Both the position numbers and the translations under genes were made by a program. Under the pieces are notes generated by a model. It saw nothing but the letters and a program-made list of their open reading frames with translations. It was not told the DNA's origin and made no database searches. Below, in pieces: positions 6,875-14,322 of a DNA stretch of 19,640 nt; within the stretch, counting starts at the first letter, position 1; every line of letters starts with the position of its first letter. This stretch comes from Candidatus Theseobacter exili (GTDB taxonomy: Bacteria; Auribacterota; JACPWU01; Theseobacterales; Theseobacteraceae): contig JAVCCS010000026.1 of the NCBI GenBank assembly GCA_030765365.1, forward strand, positions 1 through 19,640, in the 5' to 3' direction.

Positions 6875-7963
6875 ATGATTAAATACAACGCAAAAAATGA
6901 AAGAATAAAAAGAGAATATTTTGAATATCAAAGAGAAGCACGGCAGAAAAGTATTGCTACAGTAGACAATATAAGAAAGGCAATAGACCGGTATGAGAAA
7001 TATACTGATTATAAAGATTTTAAGACATTTAACAAGCGTCAGGCCGTTGGATTTAAAAAAAGCTTTTCTCAAACAAAAGGTGTTGCTTCGAAAGATTATT
7101 TGAGTAAATCAACCTTGTTATCAACAGTAAGAAACTTAAAAGATTTTTTTGGATGGGTGGCATATCAGCCCGGATATAAGAATATCGATATTAGGGATAT
7201 TGAATATTTGAATCTTTCTGAGAAGGATACCAGGATTGCTAAATCAAAAAAACAGCCTAAGGTTCCTACAATAGATCAAATAAGAAAAGTACTCAACTGC
7301 ATGCCTTATAAAACAGATATTGAAAAGCGGAATAGGGCTCTTATAGCATTTACTATTCTAACTGGAGTAAGGGATGGTGCTATTGCTTCATTAAAAATCA
7401 AGCATATTGATGTTGAGGAGAAGATTGTTAAGCAAATGCCGGATCAGGTTAAAACTAAGTTTAGTAAAACTATTTATACTTATTTCTTCCCTGTGGGGGG
7501 TGATATTGAACAAATAGTTGTAGATTGGATATTGTATTTAAAAAAAGAATTGTTTTTTGATGAAGAGGCACCACTTTTTCCCAGGACAAGACTAACTGTA
7601 TCAAGTGAAAACTGTTTTACGGCTTCAGGTTTAGAGCCTGTTCATTGGCAATCGGCCAATCAGATCAGAAAAATATTTAAAGTAGAATTTATAAATGCAG
7701 GGCTTTCTTACTATAGCCCGCATTGCTTTAGAAATACCATAACACGCTTAGGGGAGAGACTTTGCAAATCGGCTGAGGATTTTAAAGCCTGGAGTCAGAA
7801 TTTAGGGCATGAGTCTCCTTCAACTACTTTTACCAGTTATGGATATATAGAAACACACACTCAAGGTAAAATTATTAAGGAAATTGGAACAAGTGAAAAG
7901 AAAAGTACAGATGAAAAACTCGAAGAAATATTGGCTCGCCTTCCAAAACAGGAATTACTTTAA
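6875..7963 (+). CDS. Tyrosine site-specific recombinase / phage-type integrase
   Basis: GAGGTG SD. Catalytic-domain motifs RNRALIAFTILTGVRDGAIASL, HCFRNT (H-x-x-R) and LGHES...TSYGYI (catalytic Tyr). Confidence 0.85.
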   Translation: MIKYNAKNERIKREYFEYQREARQKSIATVDNIRKAIDRYEKYTDYKDFKTFNKRQAVGFKKSFSQTKGVASKDYLSKSTLLSTVRNLKDFFGWVAYQPGYKNIDIRDIEYLNLSEKDTRIAKSKKQPKVPTIDQIRKVLNCMPYKTDIEKRNRALIAFTILTGVRDGAIASLKIKHIDVEEKIVKQMPDQVKTKFSKTIYTYFFPVGGDIEQIVVDWILYLKKELFFDEEAPLFPRTRLTVSSENCFTASGLEPVHWQSANQIRKIFKVEFINAGLSYYSPHCFRNTITRLGERLCKSAEDFKAWSQNLGHESPSTTFTSYGYIETHTQGKIIKEIGTSEKKSTDEKLEEILARLPKQELL

Positions 7964-7985
7964 TAAGACTTGAAATAAACATAAA

Positions 7986-8005
7986 ATGTTATATTATGTT
8001 ATATT
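7986..8005 (+). repeat. Tandem 10-bp direct repeat ATGTTATATT x2 abutting the XRE start codon
   Basis: 7986-7995 and 7996-8005 are identical. The third unit starts with the ATG of the XRE ORF at 8006. Confidence 0.5.
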
Positions 8006-8191
8006 ATGAATATATTGGAAAGACTTGAACTATATCGTTTGGAAAATCGAGTTTCACAGAAAAAACTTGCGGGAATGCTTGGTGTGTCTTTTGCAACAGT
8101 TAATCGTTGGTTTAACGGCAGAACAAAACCTAATAAAATTCAGACATTTCATATTGAGAAACTTCTAAAGGAGCATGCCTTTGATGAATAA
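8006..8191 (+). CDS. XRE-family helix-turn-helix protein (possible Xis/RDF or element repressor)
   Basis: SQKKLAGMLGVSFATVNRWFNG is a classic HTH_XRE. It overlaps the recombinase start by 8 nt. Confidence 0.7.
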   Translation: MNILERLELYRLENRVSQKKLAGMLGVSFATVNRWFNGRTKPNKIQTFHIEKLLKEHAFDE

Positions 8192-9644
8192 GGCCATACT
8201 TTATACGCGTGTATCGAGTAAAGCACAAGAGCAGGACGGTTATTCTCTGGATGCGCAGGAGAAACTTGGCTATGAGTATGCGTTAAAAAAGGGTTTTGCT
8301 ATTTGCAAATCCTGGAAGGTTTCTGAATCTGCATGGAAACAGGACAGGGAAGCTTTTTCAGAAATGCTTGAATATGCGAAGCGTAATGAAAAAGTAAAAC
8401 ATATTATTTTTGATGTTACTGACCGTATGACGCGTAATGATTATGATAAGATAAGAATTTATACTTTGATTAGGGAGTATAATAAAACAATACATTTTTC
8501 GCGCAATAATAAAATCATAGATAAAGCCTCCGGTTCTGATGATGAATTTATGCTTGATATTGAGGTTGCAGTTGCTAAAAAGATGTCTAATGATATTTCA
8601 AAGAAAACAAGCATGGGGTTACTTGAAAAGGCTGAACAGGGTTTTTATCCTTCATTTGCGCCTATTGGATATATTAATAACAAGGTTACAAAGTTAATAG
8701 ATTTAGATCACGAAACTGCACATCTAATTAGGCAATGCTTTGAACTTTATGCGACCGGTAACTATTCTTTAGAGTCTTTACGGCACGAGATGCGGCATAG
8801 AGGCTTAGAAAGTTCTTCCAAGAGTAAGATTGCACATGTTTTGCATAATCCCTTTTATTATGGAGGTTTTATCTGGTTGGGAAAACTTTACATGGGGTCA
8901 CATAAACCAATTATATCCAAAGAGCTTTTTGATAAGGTACAACAGCTGTTAACAGGCAAACCATTAATACATAAACAGAAACATCTTTTTCACTTCAACA
9001 ATTTAATTACTTGCGGTGAATGTGGGTGCAAGGTAATTGGTGAACGTAAAACAAAGACAAGCGGTAAAGTATATGATTATTATCATTGTACTTTTTCAAA
9101 AGGAAGACATGGTTCAAATAAGTATTACAAGAACAGTTATATCGAAAAGCAATTTGAAAATATTGTTGAATCCGTGACTCTACCTGAAGATATGGCTGAT
9201 TGGATTGCCCAGGGAATAAAAGAAATAAGCAAGGACAGGTTCAGGGTGCAGGAAGTCAAAATAAAGCGTTTAAAAGGCGAATTAGCCCTTCTTAATGCAA
9301 GGTTAAGCAAGTTATATGATATGAAGTTAGACGGTGAAATTGAAGATGGTATGTTTAAATCAAAAGAAGCTGAGTTTAAAAGTACTATTGCTGAACTTAC
9401 TATAGCGGTTTCTTATGCTGAAAAAGAAAATCGTGATTACTTTGAAACTGGAAGGCAAACCCTCGAACTCTCTAAACGCTTACATAAACAGTATGTTAGG
9501 GCAGATGGTATTAATAAGGCAATAATCTTACGTTTTATAGCTTCGAACTACACTCTAAATGACGCAAGTCTTTCTCCTGCAATGAGAAAGCCCTTCAGCA
9601 TCTTTGCTAAAGGGCTATCCCGTACAATTTGGCTCCTCGGGTAA
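8184..9644 (+). CDS. Large serine recombinase (resolvase N-domain + recombinase domain + zinc ribbon)
   Basis: AILYTRVSSKAQEQDGYSLDAQ catalytic-Ser motif. CGECGC...YYHC zinc ribbon. C-terminal coiled-coil. The last 5 codons and the stop lie inside tRNA-Asn. Confidence 0.85.
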   Translation: MNKAILYTRVSSKAQEQDGYSLDAQEKLGYEYALKKGFAICKSWKVSESAWKQDREAFSEMLEYAKRNEKVKHIIFDVTDRMTRNDYDKIRIYTLIREYNKTIHFSRNNKIIDKASGSDDEFMLDIEVAVAKKMSNDISKKTSMGLLEKAEQGFYPSFAPIGYINNKVTKLIDLDHETAHLIRQCFELYATGNYSLESLRHEMRHRGLESSSKSKIAHVLHNPFYYGGFIWLGKLYMGSHKPIISKELFDKVQQLLTGKPLIHKQKHLFHFNNLITCGECGCKVIGERKTKTSGKVYDYYHCTFSKGRHGSNKYYKNSYIEKQFENIVESVTLPEDMADWIAQGIKEISKDRFRVQEVKIKRLKGELALLNARLSKLYDMKLDGEIEDGMFKSKEAEFKSTIAELTIAVSYAEKENRDYFETGRQTLELSKRLHKQYVRADGINKAIILRFIASNYTLNDASLSPAMRKPFSIFAKGLSRTIWLLG

Positions 9645-9704
9645 GACTCGAACTTACAACCTAGTGGTTAACAGCCACCCGCTCTACCATTGAGCTACCG
9701 AGGA
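9630..9704 (-). tRNA. tRNA-Asn (anticodon GUU)
   Basis: The reverse complement folds as a canonical cloverleaf: acceptor UCCUCGG/CCGAGGA, anticodon loop CUGUUAA, T-loop UUCGAGU, G73, encoded CCA. Confidence 0.85.
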
Positions 9705-9720
9705 GCCTTTAATCTATATT

Positions 9721-9942
9721 CTAATGTATTTTGTTACTGTGTTCTCTTATAAATGATGTATTAGCATTTGTGTGTCCGAACTCATCTATGGCATGGTCCT
9801 GTGATGTTAACAGGACTATCATGTTTTTTATTTTGTTTAACGCTGATTCCATCGTTGTTCCATTTGCGAAAAGACCTAATTCAGGACATTTAGCGCTGCA
9901 GGAACCGTTGTCGGTTTCAGTGATTTCTATGATGAATTCCAT
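9721..9942 (-). CDS. HicB-like / UPF0150 family protein (putative orphan antitoxin)
   Basis: MEFIIEITETDNGSCSAKCPELGLFANGTTMESALNKIKNMI fits the UPF0150/HicB N-domain pattern. AAGGAAAT SD. No hicA partner seen. Confidence 0.55.
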   Translation of the reverse strand: MEFIIEITETDNGSCSAKCPELGLFANGTTMESALNKIKNMIVLLTSQDHAIDEFGHTNANTSFIREHSNKIH

Positions 9943-9998
9943 ATTTCCTTTTCCGTTTTTGCAGGGGGAAAACTATCACCAGTTTTTTTTTTTGTCAA
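9943..9998 (-). promoter_or_regulatory. Candidate sigma70-type promoter of the hicB-like gene with an A11 homopolymer in the spacer
   Basis: Minus strand reads TTGACA-A10-CTGGTGA-TAGTTT (17-nt spacer; TGaTAGTTT is extended -10-like). The -35 overlaps the tilS stop. Confidence 0.3.
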
Positions 9999-11452
9999 TG
10001 GAAAAAACGGACCTTGATTCGTAATACCCGTTTTGATGTTTCAAGGATTTTAAAATATTCAGAAATACGATATCCTACTATCCATGCAATTTCGTTTGCT
10101 GTTGTCAAGATGGGGATGGTTTCTCTGAATCTTGGAGATATTTTTTCATCTATCAAGATGTCTTTTATTTTTTTGCTTCCTTCAAAACCTATAGGCGTGA
10201 ATCTGTCACCTTTACTACGTGAACGGAAGAATATTATTTCCCCAATACGGTCTGCGTCAAAGAATTCTTCAAATTCACTTATGCCGTTGTGATTTGGGTC
10301 ATTCCATGTTCTTGATAATTTGCCTGCATGTTTAGCAAGTTTTGATATTTCAATTGTTTCGGTTGTTAATATTTCAGTAATTACTTCCATTCTTGGTATG
10401 TCAAATTTTGTTGTACCTGGTATTTCAACAGGACCGCCTTCAACTACAGGTTTTGAATATTCTCCGCGTGAAAGAAGAATCAGATTATATTCTTTTACAG
10501 CTGTTATATCATCTGGAAGATGTATTTGGCGTCCTGATGGTTTAAGAAAGATTAAATCCATTAAGTCTTCTATGTGATTGTAGGTTATTCCAAGCAGGTT
10601 GCCTTTTGTGTCCATTATCATTCTGCGCAGGATAGATCTTTGAAGTGCTTCGTGAATAGCTTTAAACTCAGAAATATTCAGGGTGTAGTGTCGTTGGCGC
10701 TTTTCAACCATTTGCTTGTAGATAGGCTGTAGTGTTTGTTCAAAGAAATCTGTTTCTGAATCAAGTATTTTTGATAGGTTTATAAGAACTTCCCGCGCTT
10801 TAGGATTGAAATCATTTTCAAGGAACGGCAGAAGATCATTTCGTATACGGTTTCTTAAGAAACGATTGTCAAGGTTAGACGTATCAACCCTGTATGGAAT
10901 CTTATGATTATCCAGGTAATTCATTATATCTTTGCGCGTTAGTTCAATGAGAGGACGTATTATTGTCAGTTTGTTTTGGCTTCTTACCGGCGGAATTCCA
11001 AGCAAACCTATCGTACCGCATCCGCGAAGTAAGCGCATTATTATGGTTTCGGCCAGATCATCTCTGGTGTGTCCTGTTGCAATAATTTTTATGTTTTCTT
11101 TTATTGCTGTTTTTTCAAGAAACAGGTATCGTGCTTTTCTCCCGGCTTCTTCAATGGAAAGCCTGTTTTTTTCAGCGAGTTTTTTAACGTCAGTTTCATC
11201 GGTGATAACTTTAATTCCTAATTGTTTTCCCTGTTCTACAACAAAAAGGGCATCTCCATCGGCTTCCTGACCGCGCAATTGATGGTTTAAGTGTGCAACT
11301 ACTAACTTTAGATCGAGAGCCTGTGAAATTTCTTTGAGAAGGTACATCATTGCTATAGAATCAGGTCCGCCAGAAACAGAAAGCAGAACAGGACTTCCTT
11401 TGTCCAGCATGGAATAGCGTTTAATGCTGTTTAGAATAATATCTTTTATCAT
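9995..11452 (-). CDS. tilS: tRNA(Ile)-lysidine synthetase
   Basis: PP-loop SVSGGPDSIAMMYLL near the N-terminus. Length and C-terminal domain are typical of TilS. Confidence 0.85.
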   Translation of the reverse strand: MIKDIILNSIKRYSMLDKGSPVLLSVSGGPDSIAMMYLLKEISQALDLKLVVAHLNHQLRGQEADGDALFVVEQGKQLGIKVITDETDVKKLAEKNRLSIEEAGRKARYLFLEKTAIKENIKIIATGHTRDDLAETIIMRLLRGCGTIGLLGIPPVRSQNKLTIIRPLIELTRKDIMNYLDNHKIPYRVDTSNLDNRFLRNRIRNDLLPFLENDFNPKAREVLINLSKILDSETDFFEQTLQPIYKQMVEKRQRHYTLNISEFKAIHEALQRSILRRMIMDTKGNLLGITYNHIEDLMDLIFLKPSGRQIHLPDDITAVKEYNLILLSRGEYSKPVVEGGPVEIPGTTKFDIPRMEVITEILTTETIEISKLAKHAGKLSRTWNDPNHNGISEFEEFFDADRIGEIIFFRSRSKGDRFTPIGFEGSKKIKDILIDEKISPRFRETIPILTTANEIAWIVGYRISEYFKILETSKRVLRIKVRFFH

Positions 11453-11566
11453 CTTTTTGGTTTGTCGATTTTAATTTGGTTTCAATGATTTTATCAATTA
11501 TAGTCATTTCTGGTGTGCTTTTGCAAATAATACATTGTATTTTTGTTGTCATTATTAAAATTTTGG

Positions 11567-11598
11567 TCTTGACAGTATGCGTTGCTCTCTTTAGCATA
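11567..11598 (+). promoter_or_regulatory. Possible promoter for the tRNA pair
   Basis: TTGACA at 11567-11572. The best -10-like hexamer TAGCAT is 20 nt downstream, so the spacer is non-optimal. Weak call. Confidence 0.2.
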
Positions 11599-11625
11599 AG
11601 AAAAATTTTGAATAATCTATATGGA

Positions 11626-11702
<77 letters not shown>

Positions 11703-11707
11703 ATTTA

Positions 11708-11784
11708 GGCGGATTAGCTCAGTTGGTTAGAGCAGGGGAATCATAATCCTCGTGTCCGGGGTTCGAATCCCTGATCCGCTACCA
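11708..11784 (+). tRNA. CAU-anticodon tRNA (elongator Met, or tRNA-Ile2 lysidine substrate)
   Basis: GGCGGAUUAGCUCAGUUGGUUAGAGC...AUCAUAA...GGUUCGAAUCC...AUCCGCUACCA. Anticodon CAU. Identity as Met versus Ile2 cannot be decided by eye. Confidence 0.8.
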
Positions 11785-11791
11785 TTTTATA

Positions 11792-11826
11792 AGCCGACTG
11801 TAGCTGCAGTCGGTTTTTTTTATTTT
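11792..11826 (+). terminator. Rho-independent terminator after the tRNA pair
   Basis: CCGACTG-TAGCTG-CAGTCGG hairpin followed by TTTTTTTTTATTTTT. Confidence 0.7.
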
Positions 11827-11905
11827 TAGAGCAATTTTTATATTTTTTAGTAAACTCATAAGTATTGAGGGTTAGTAATTAAATTATTAAAGAAAGGGGT
11901 GTGTG

Positions 11906-12382
11906 ATGAAAATGATGAAAGGTTTTTTGGTTGTGTTAGCTGTCATGCTATTTTGTTCAGTTTCATTAGCTGAACCGCACGGGAAGAGTGACAAAGAAGA
12001 TTTTAGATCTAAGGTTATTGGTAAAGCGCATTTGATGTTGATTAATCAGGAAGAACTTGGACTTTCTGAAGAACAAATCAAGCAGATTAAGGATATTAAA
12101 ATTAATTTGAAAAAAGACATGATTCAACAGGGAGCTCAGATTGAGATTTTAGCAGTTGATATTATGGCAGCACTTTGGGCCGATAAGGTTGATAAAGAAG
12201 CAGTTGATAAGCTGATTGATAATAAATATGATCTGAAAAAAGCTAGGGCCAAAGAGCTTGTAACTGCGTATGTTAAGCTAAATGAGGTTTTAAATGAAGA
12301 TCAGGCGAAAGAAATGAAAAGTCTTTGTATGAAAATGAAACAGCATAAACAAGGATGGTCCGGTAGAAAAAGCGGGAAATAG
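11906..12382 (+). CDS. Secreted periplasmic protein, CpxP/Spy/ZraP-like (LTxxQ-type) family, tentative
   Basis: Signal peptide MKMMKGFLVVLAVMLFCSVSLA-EP. Helical charged repeats with LSEEQIKQIKD. Start ambiguous (GTG 11903, ATG 11906 or 11912). Confidence 0.5.
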   Translation: MKMMKGFLVVLAVMLFCSVSLAEPHGKSDKEDFRSKVIGKAHLMLINQEELGLSEEQIKQIKDIKINLKKDMIQQGAQIEILAVDIMAALWADKVDKEAVDKLIDNKYDLKKARAKELVTAYVKLNEVLNEDQAKEMKSLCMKMKQHKQGWSGRKSGK

Positions 12383-12392
12383 TTTTTTTAGT

Positions 12393-13163
12393 CTATAGGA
12401 GTTTTTTATAGGCGATACAACCAATAGCTCCTATATGCATTGTGCGGGCAGGTACGATTATTCTGCATTGCAGTTTTTCTTTAAACATGTGAATTATTGC
12501 CTGATTTTTCGCGCAGCCTCCGGTAATTACAACCGGGAGGTTGTCTTTAAGAAAAGGTTCTATATAAGGCAGGGTTTTTTGTACCAAGCTTAAGTTTACT
12601 CCGGCAGCTATTCTTTCCCGGGGCATTCCCCGGGAAAGAAGGGCTACCAGTTCTGATTCAGCAAATACTGCACAAGTACTTGATATCGGAATAGGATTTT
12701 TCCAGTATTGACCAAGTTTTTTTATGGAGATCTCAAGTATTCTTGCCATATTTTCCAAAAATCTTCCGCTGGAAGCTGCACAACGAGGGTTTGTCTGCAT
12801 GTCAGCAGGCAGCCCGTCTTTTACCAGCACAACCTTGAAGTCTTGTCCTCCCATATCAAGGTTTATGAAGTTTTCCATTTTTGTTTGTTTTGCAGTTCCA
12901 AGCGAGTGAGCAATTAGTTCAGATATTGTTTGTCCTCCTTGAACGTTTATTCGGTTTTTCCCGTATCCTGTGCTAATTATTTGCATTGGTGATGTTTCAG
13001 GAATTTTCATACGGGTAAAACTCAAAACCAGGTTGTTCTCATGCTGTTCTATGTAGTTACGGTAAAATGAGATTGTGCTGTATGTTCTATAATGTGTTTT
13101 TCCCTTTGCATCAAGAAATACAATTTTTACGTTTCTGCTTCCGAAGTCTATTCCAATTATCAT
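12393..13163 (-). CDS. CoA-substrate-specific enzyme activase (HgdC/BcrAD, BadF/BadG family ATPase)
   Basis: IGIDFGSRNVKIV, DMGGQDFKVV, CAASSGRFLE and VITGGCAKNQ match the acetate/sugar-kinase-fold activase family. Confidence 0.8.
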   Translation of the reverse strand: MIIGIDFGSRNVKIVFLDAKGKTHYRTYSTISFYRNYIEQHENNLVLSFTRMKIPETSPMQIISTGYGKNRINVQGGQTISELIAHSLGTAKQTKMENFINLDMGGQDFKVVLVKDGLPADMQTNPRCAASSGRFLENMARILEISIKKLGQYWKNPIPISSTCAVFAESELVALLSRGMPRERIAAGVNLSLVQKTLPYIEPFLKDNLPVVITGGCAKNQAIIHMFKEKLQCRIIVPARTMHIGAIGCIAYKKLL

Positions 13164-14218
13164 TTTGTGTTTCTTTTTCTTAGGCTTAGCATTTGTATAA
13201 AACCTTCCAGGCGTATTTGTGTTCTATCATCAACAGGACCAGGATTTCCGCCTTCAATTTCTATTGAAGGGATAGCCAGTTTACGCCTGAAGTATGTGTT
13301 TTGTATATTTTTATAACAAAAGTTTTCCACATACAGGATTAATCCGTCAAGATTCCGTCTTTTTGTTTCTGTTCTTATTGTTTGCAGTCTGAATTGTGTA
13401 TCGTAAGGATAAGTGTATTTCAGATAAGGATCAACAAGGTCATCTGTAAGTTCCGGTAATGTAAATTGATGTGCTACTTCGTTATAAACTATTTTTGCTC
13501 CCAGTTGACTGACCTTTTTGTGAAGGTCTGTCATTATTGTGGGAACTCCAATTAATCCAAGTCTTGGTTTTTTGTTTTCCTGTGGCGTTCTTTCAGAAAC
13601 TTTTTTTAGAAATGCATCAAGTGCTTTTTCAAATTTTCCGGGATTGCCGTTAAAGTCGGAACTGTTCAGAAGCCAAATGTGATTTTCTTCACCGGATACT
13701 TTTGATTCCTGCCATGTAAGCCTGTCTATTTCGTGAAGCTTTCGCCTGATAGGATCAAGTAATAAACGAGATTTCTTTACTTCATTCCAGTCTGTTCCGA
13801 AATGTTTTATTAATCGTTCCATAGAAATTTTGAGTTCGTTGCGGGTTCTTTGATGTGGATAATCAAAGAATATGACAGGTACTTTTTCATCTTTCCACAG
13901 ATCTGCCAGTGCAACCATATTTGAACAATCGCCTGCAGCGATTACAACAATTTCATCAACTTTGTTTGACAAAGGATAAAGTCCTCTTATCCAGCCACAA
14001 AGGTTTCGGGAAAGACCGCTGTGTTCTGCCTGGCGAATTAGTTCCATGGGATTTTGCGATGTAATGAAAGCGTTGTTCAAATCCATGGGACGGTTCCCCG
14101 AAGCATAGATTATTTCAACAGGTATTGTGCTTGTTATTCCTATTGTTTTCAAAGTTTTGTTCCTGATTGAATATTTGTTTAAGGTTGACAAATGTATTTT
14201 TTTTAAGGTTAATCTCAT
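13160..14218 (-). CDS. 2-hydroxyacyl-CoA dehydratase family subunit (HgdB/D-component-like)
   Basis: Overlaps the activase by 4 nt (translational coupling). Size and the VIAAGDCSNM-type motif are consistent with the HGD-D family. By memory only. Confidence 0.6.
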   Translation of the reverse strand: MRLTLKKIHLSTLNKYSIRNKTLKTIGITSTIPVEIIYASGNRPMDLNNAFITSQNPMELIRQAEHSGLSRNLCGWIRGLYPLSNKVDEIVVIAAGDCSNMVALADLWKDEKVPVIFFDYPHQRTRNELKISMERLIKHFGTDWNEVKKSRLLLDPIRRKLHEIDRLTWQESKVSGEENHIWLLNSSDFNGNPGKFEKALDAFLKKVSERTPQENKKPRLGLIGVPTIMTDLHKKVSQLGAKIVYNEVAHQFTLPELTDDLVDPYLKYTYPYDTQFRLQTIRTETKRRNLDGLILYVENFCYKNIQNTYFRRKLAIPSIEIEGGNPGPVDDRTQIRLEGFIQMLSLRKRNTK

Positions 14219-14322
14219 TTTTCATATATTAATTTGAAATGATTATATAATGTATTTCATTATAGTGTGAAAAAACCTTTGTGATGGTTATAGTATTTTG
14301 TTGTTCTAAATAAGGATTAGCT

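Larger units (their letters stand above)
3261..9644 (+). mobile_element. Putative integrative element at the 3' end of tRNA-Asn (boundaries approximate)
   Basis: Tyr recombinase, XRE and large Ser recombinase lie adjacent to and overlapping the tRNA-Asn 3' end. A short direct repeat TGGCTCC occurs at 3261-3267 and 9630-9636. Interior ORFs are of unknown family. Confidence 0.45.

Noticed and set aside
9705-9994. A hicA toxin partner for the HicB-like gene
   Set aside because: No small ORF with a HicA-like (dsRBD-fold, about 60 aa) sequence is found on either side. The flanks are occupied by the tRNA and the tilS end.
9731-11270. Plus-strand ORFs (97, 92, 85 and 112 aa) opposite hicB-like and tilS
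   Set aside because: They are antisense shadows of strongly supported minus-strand genes.
12708-13316. Three short plus-strand ORFs
   Set aside because: They are antisense to the activase and dehydratase genes.
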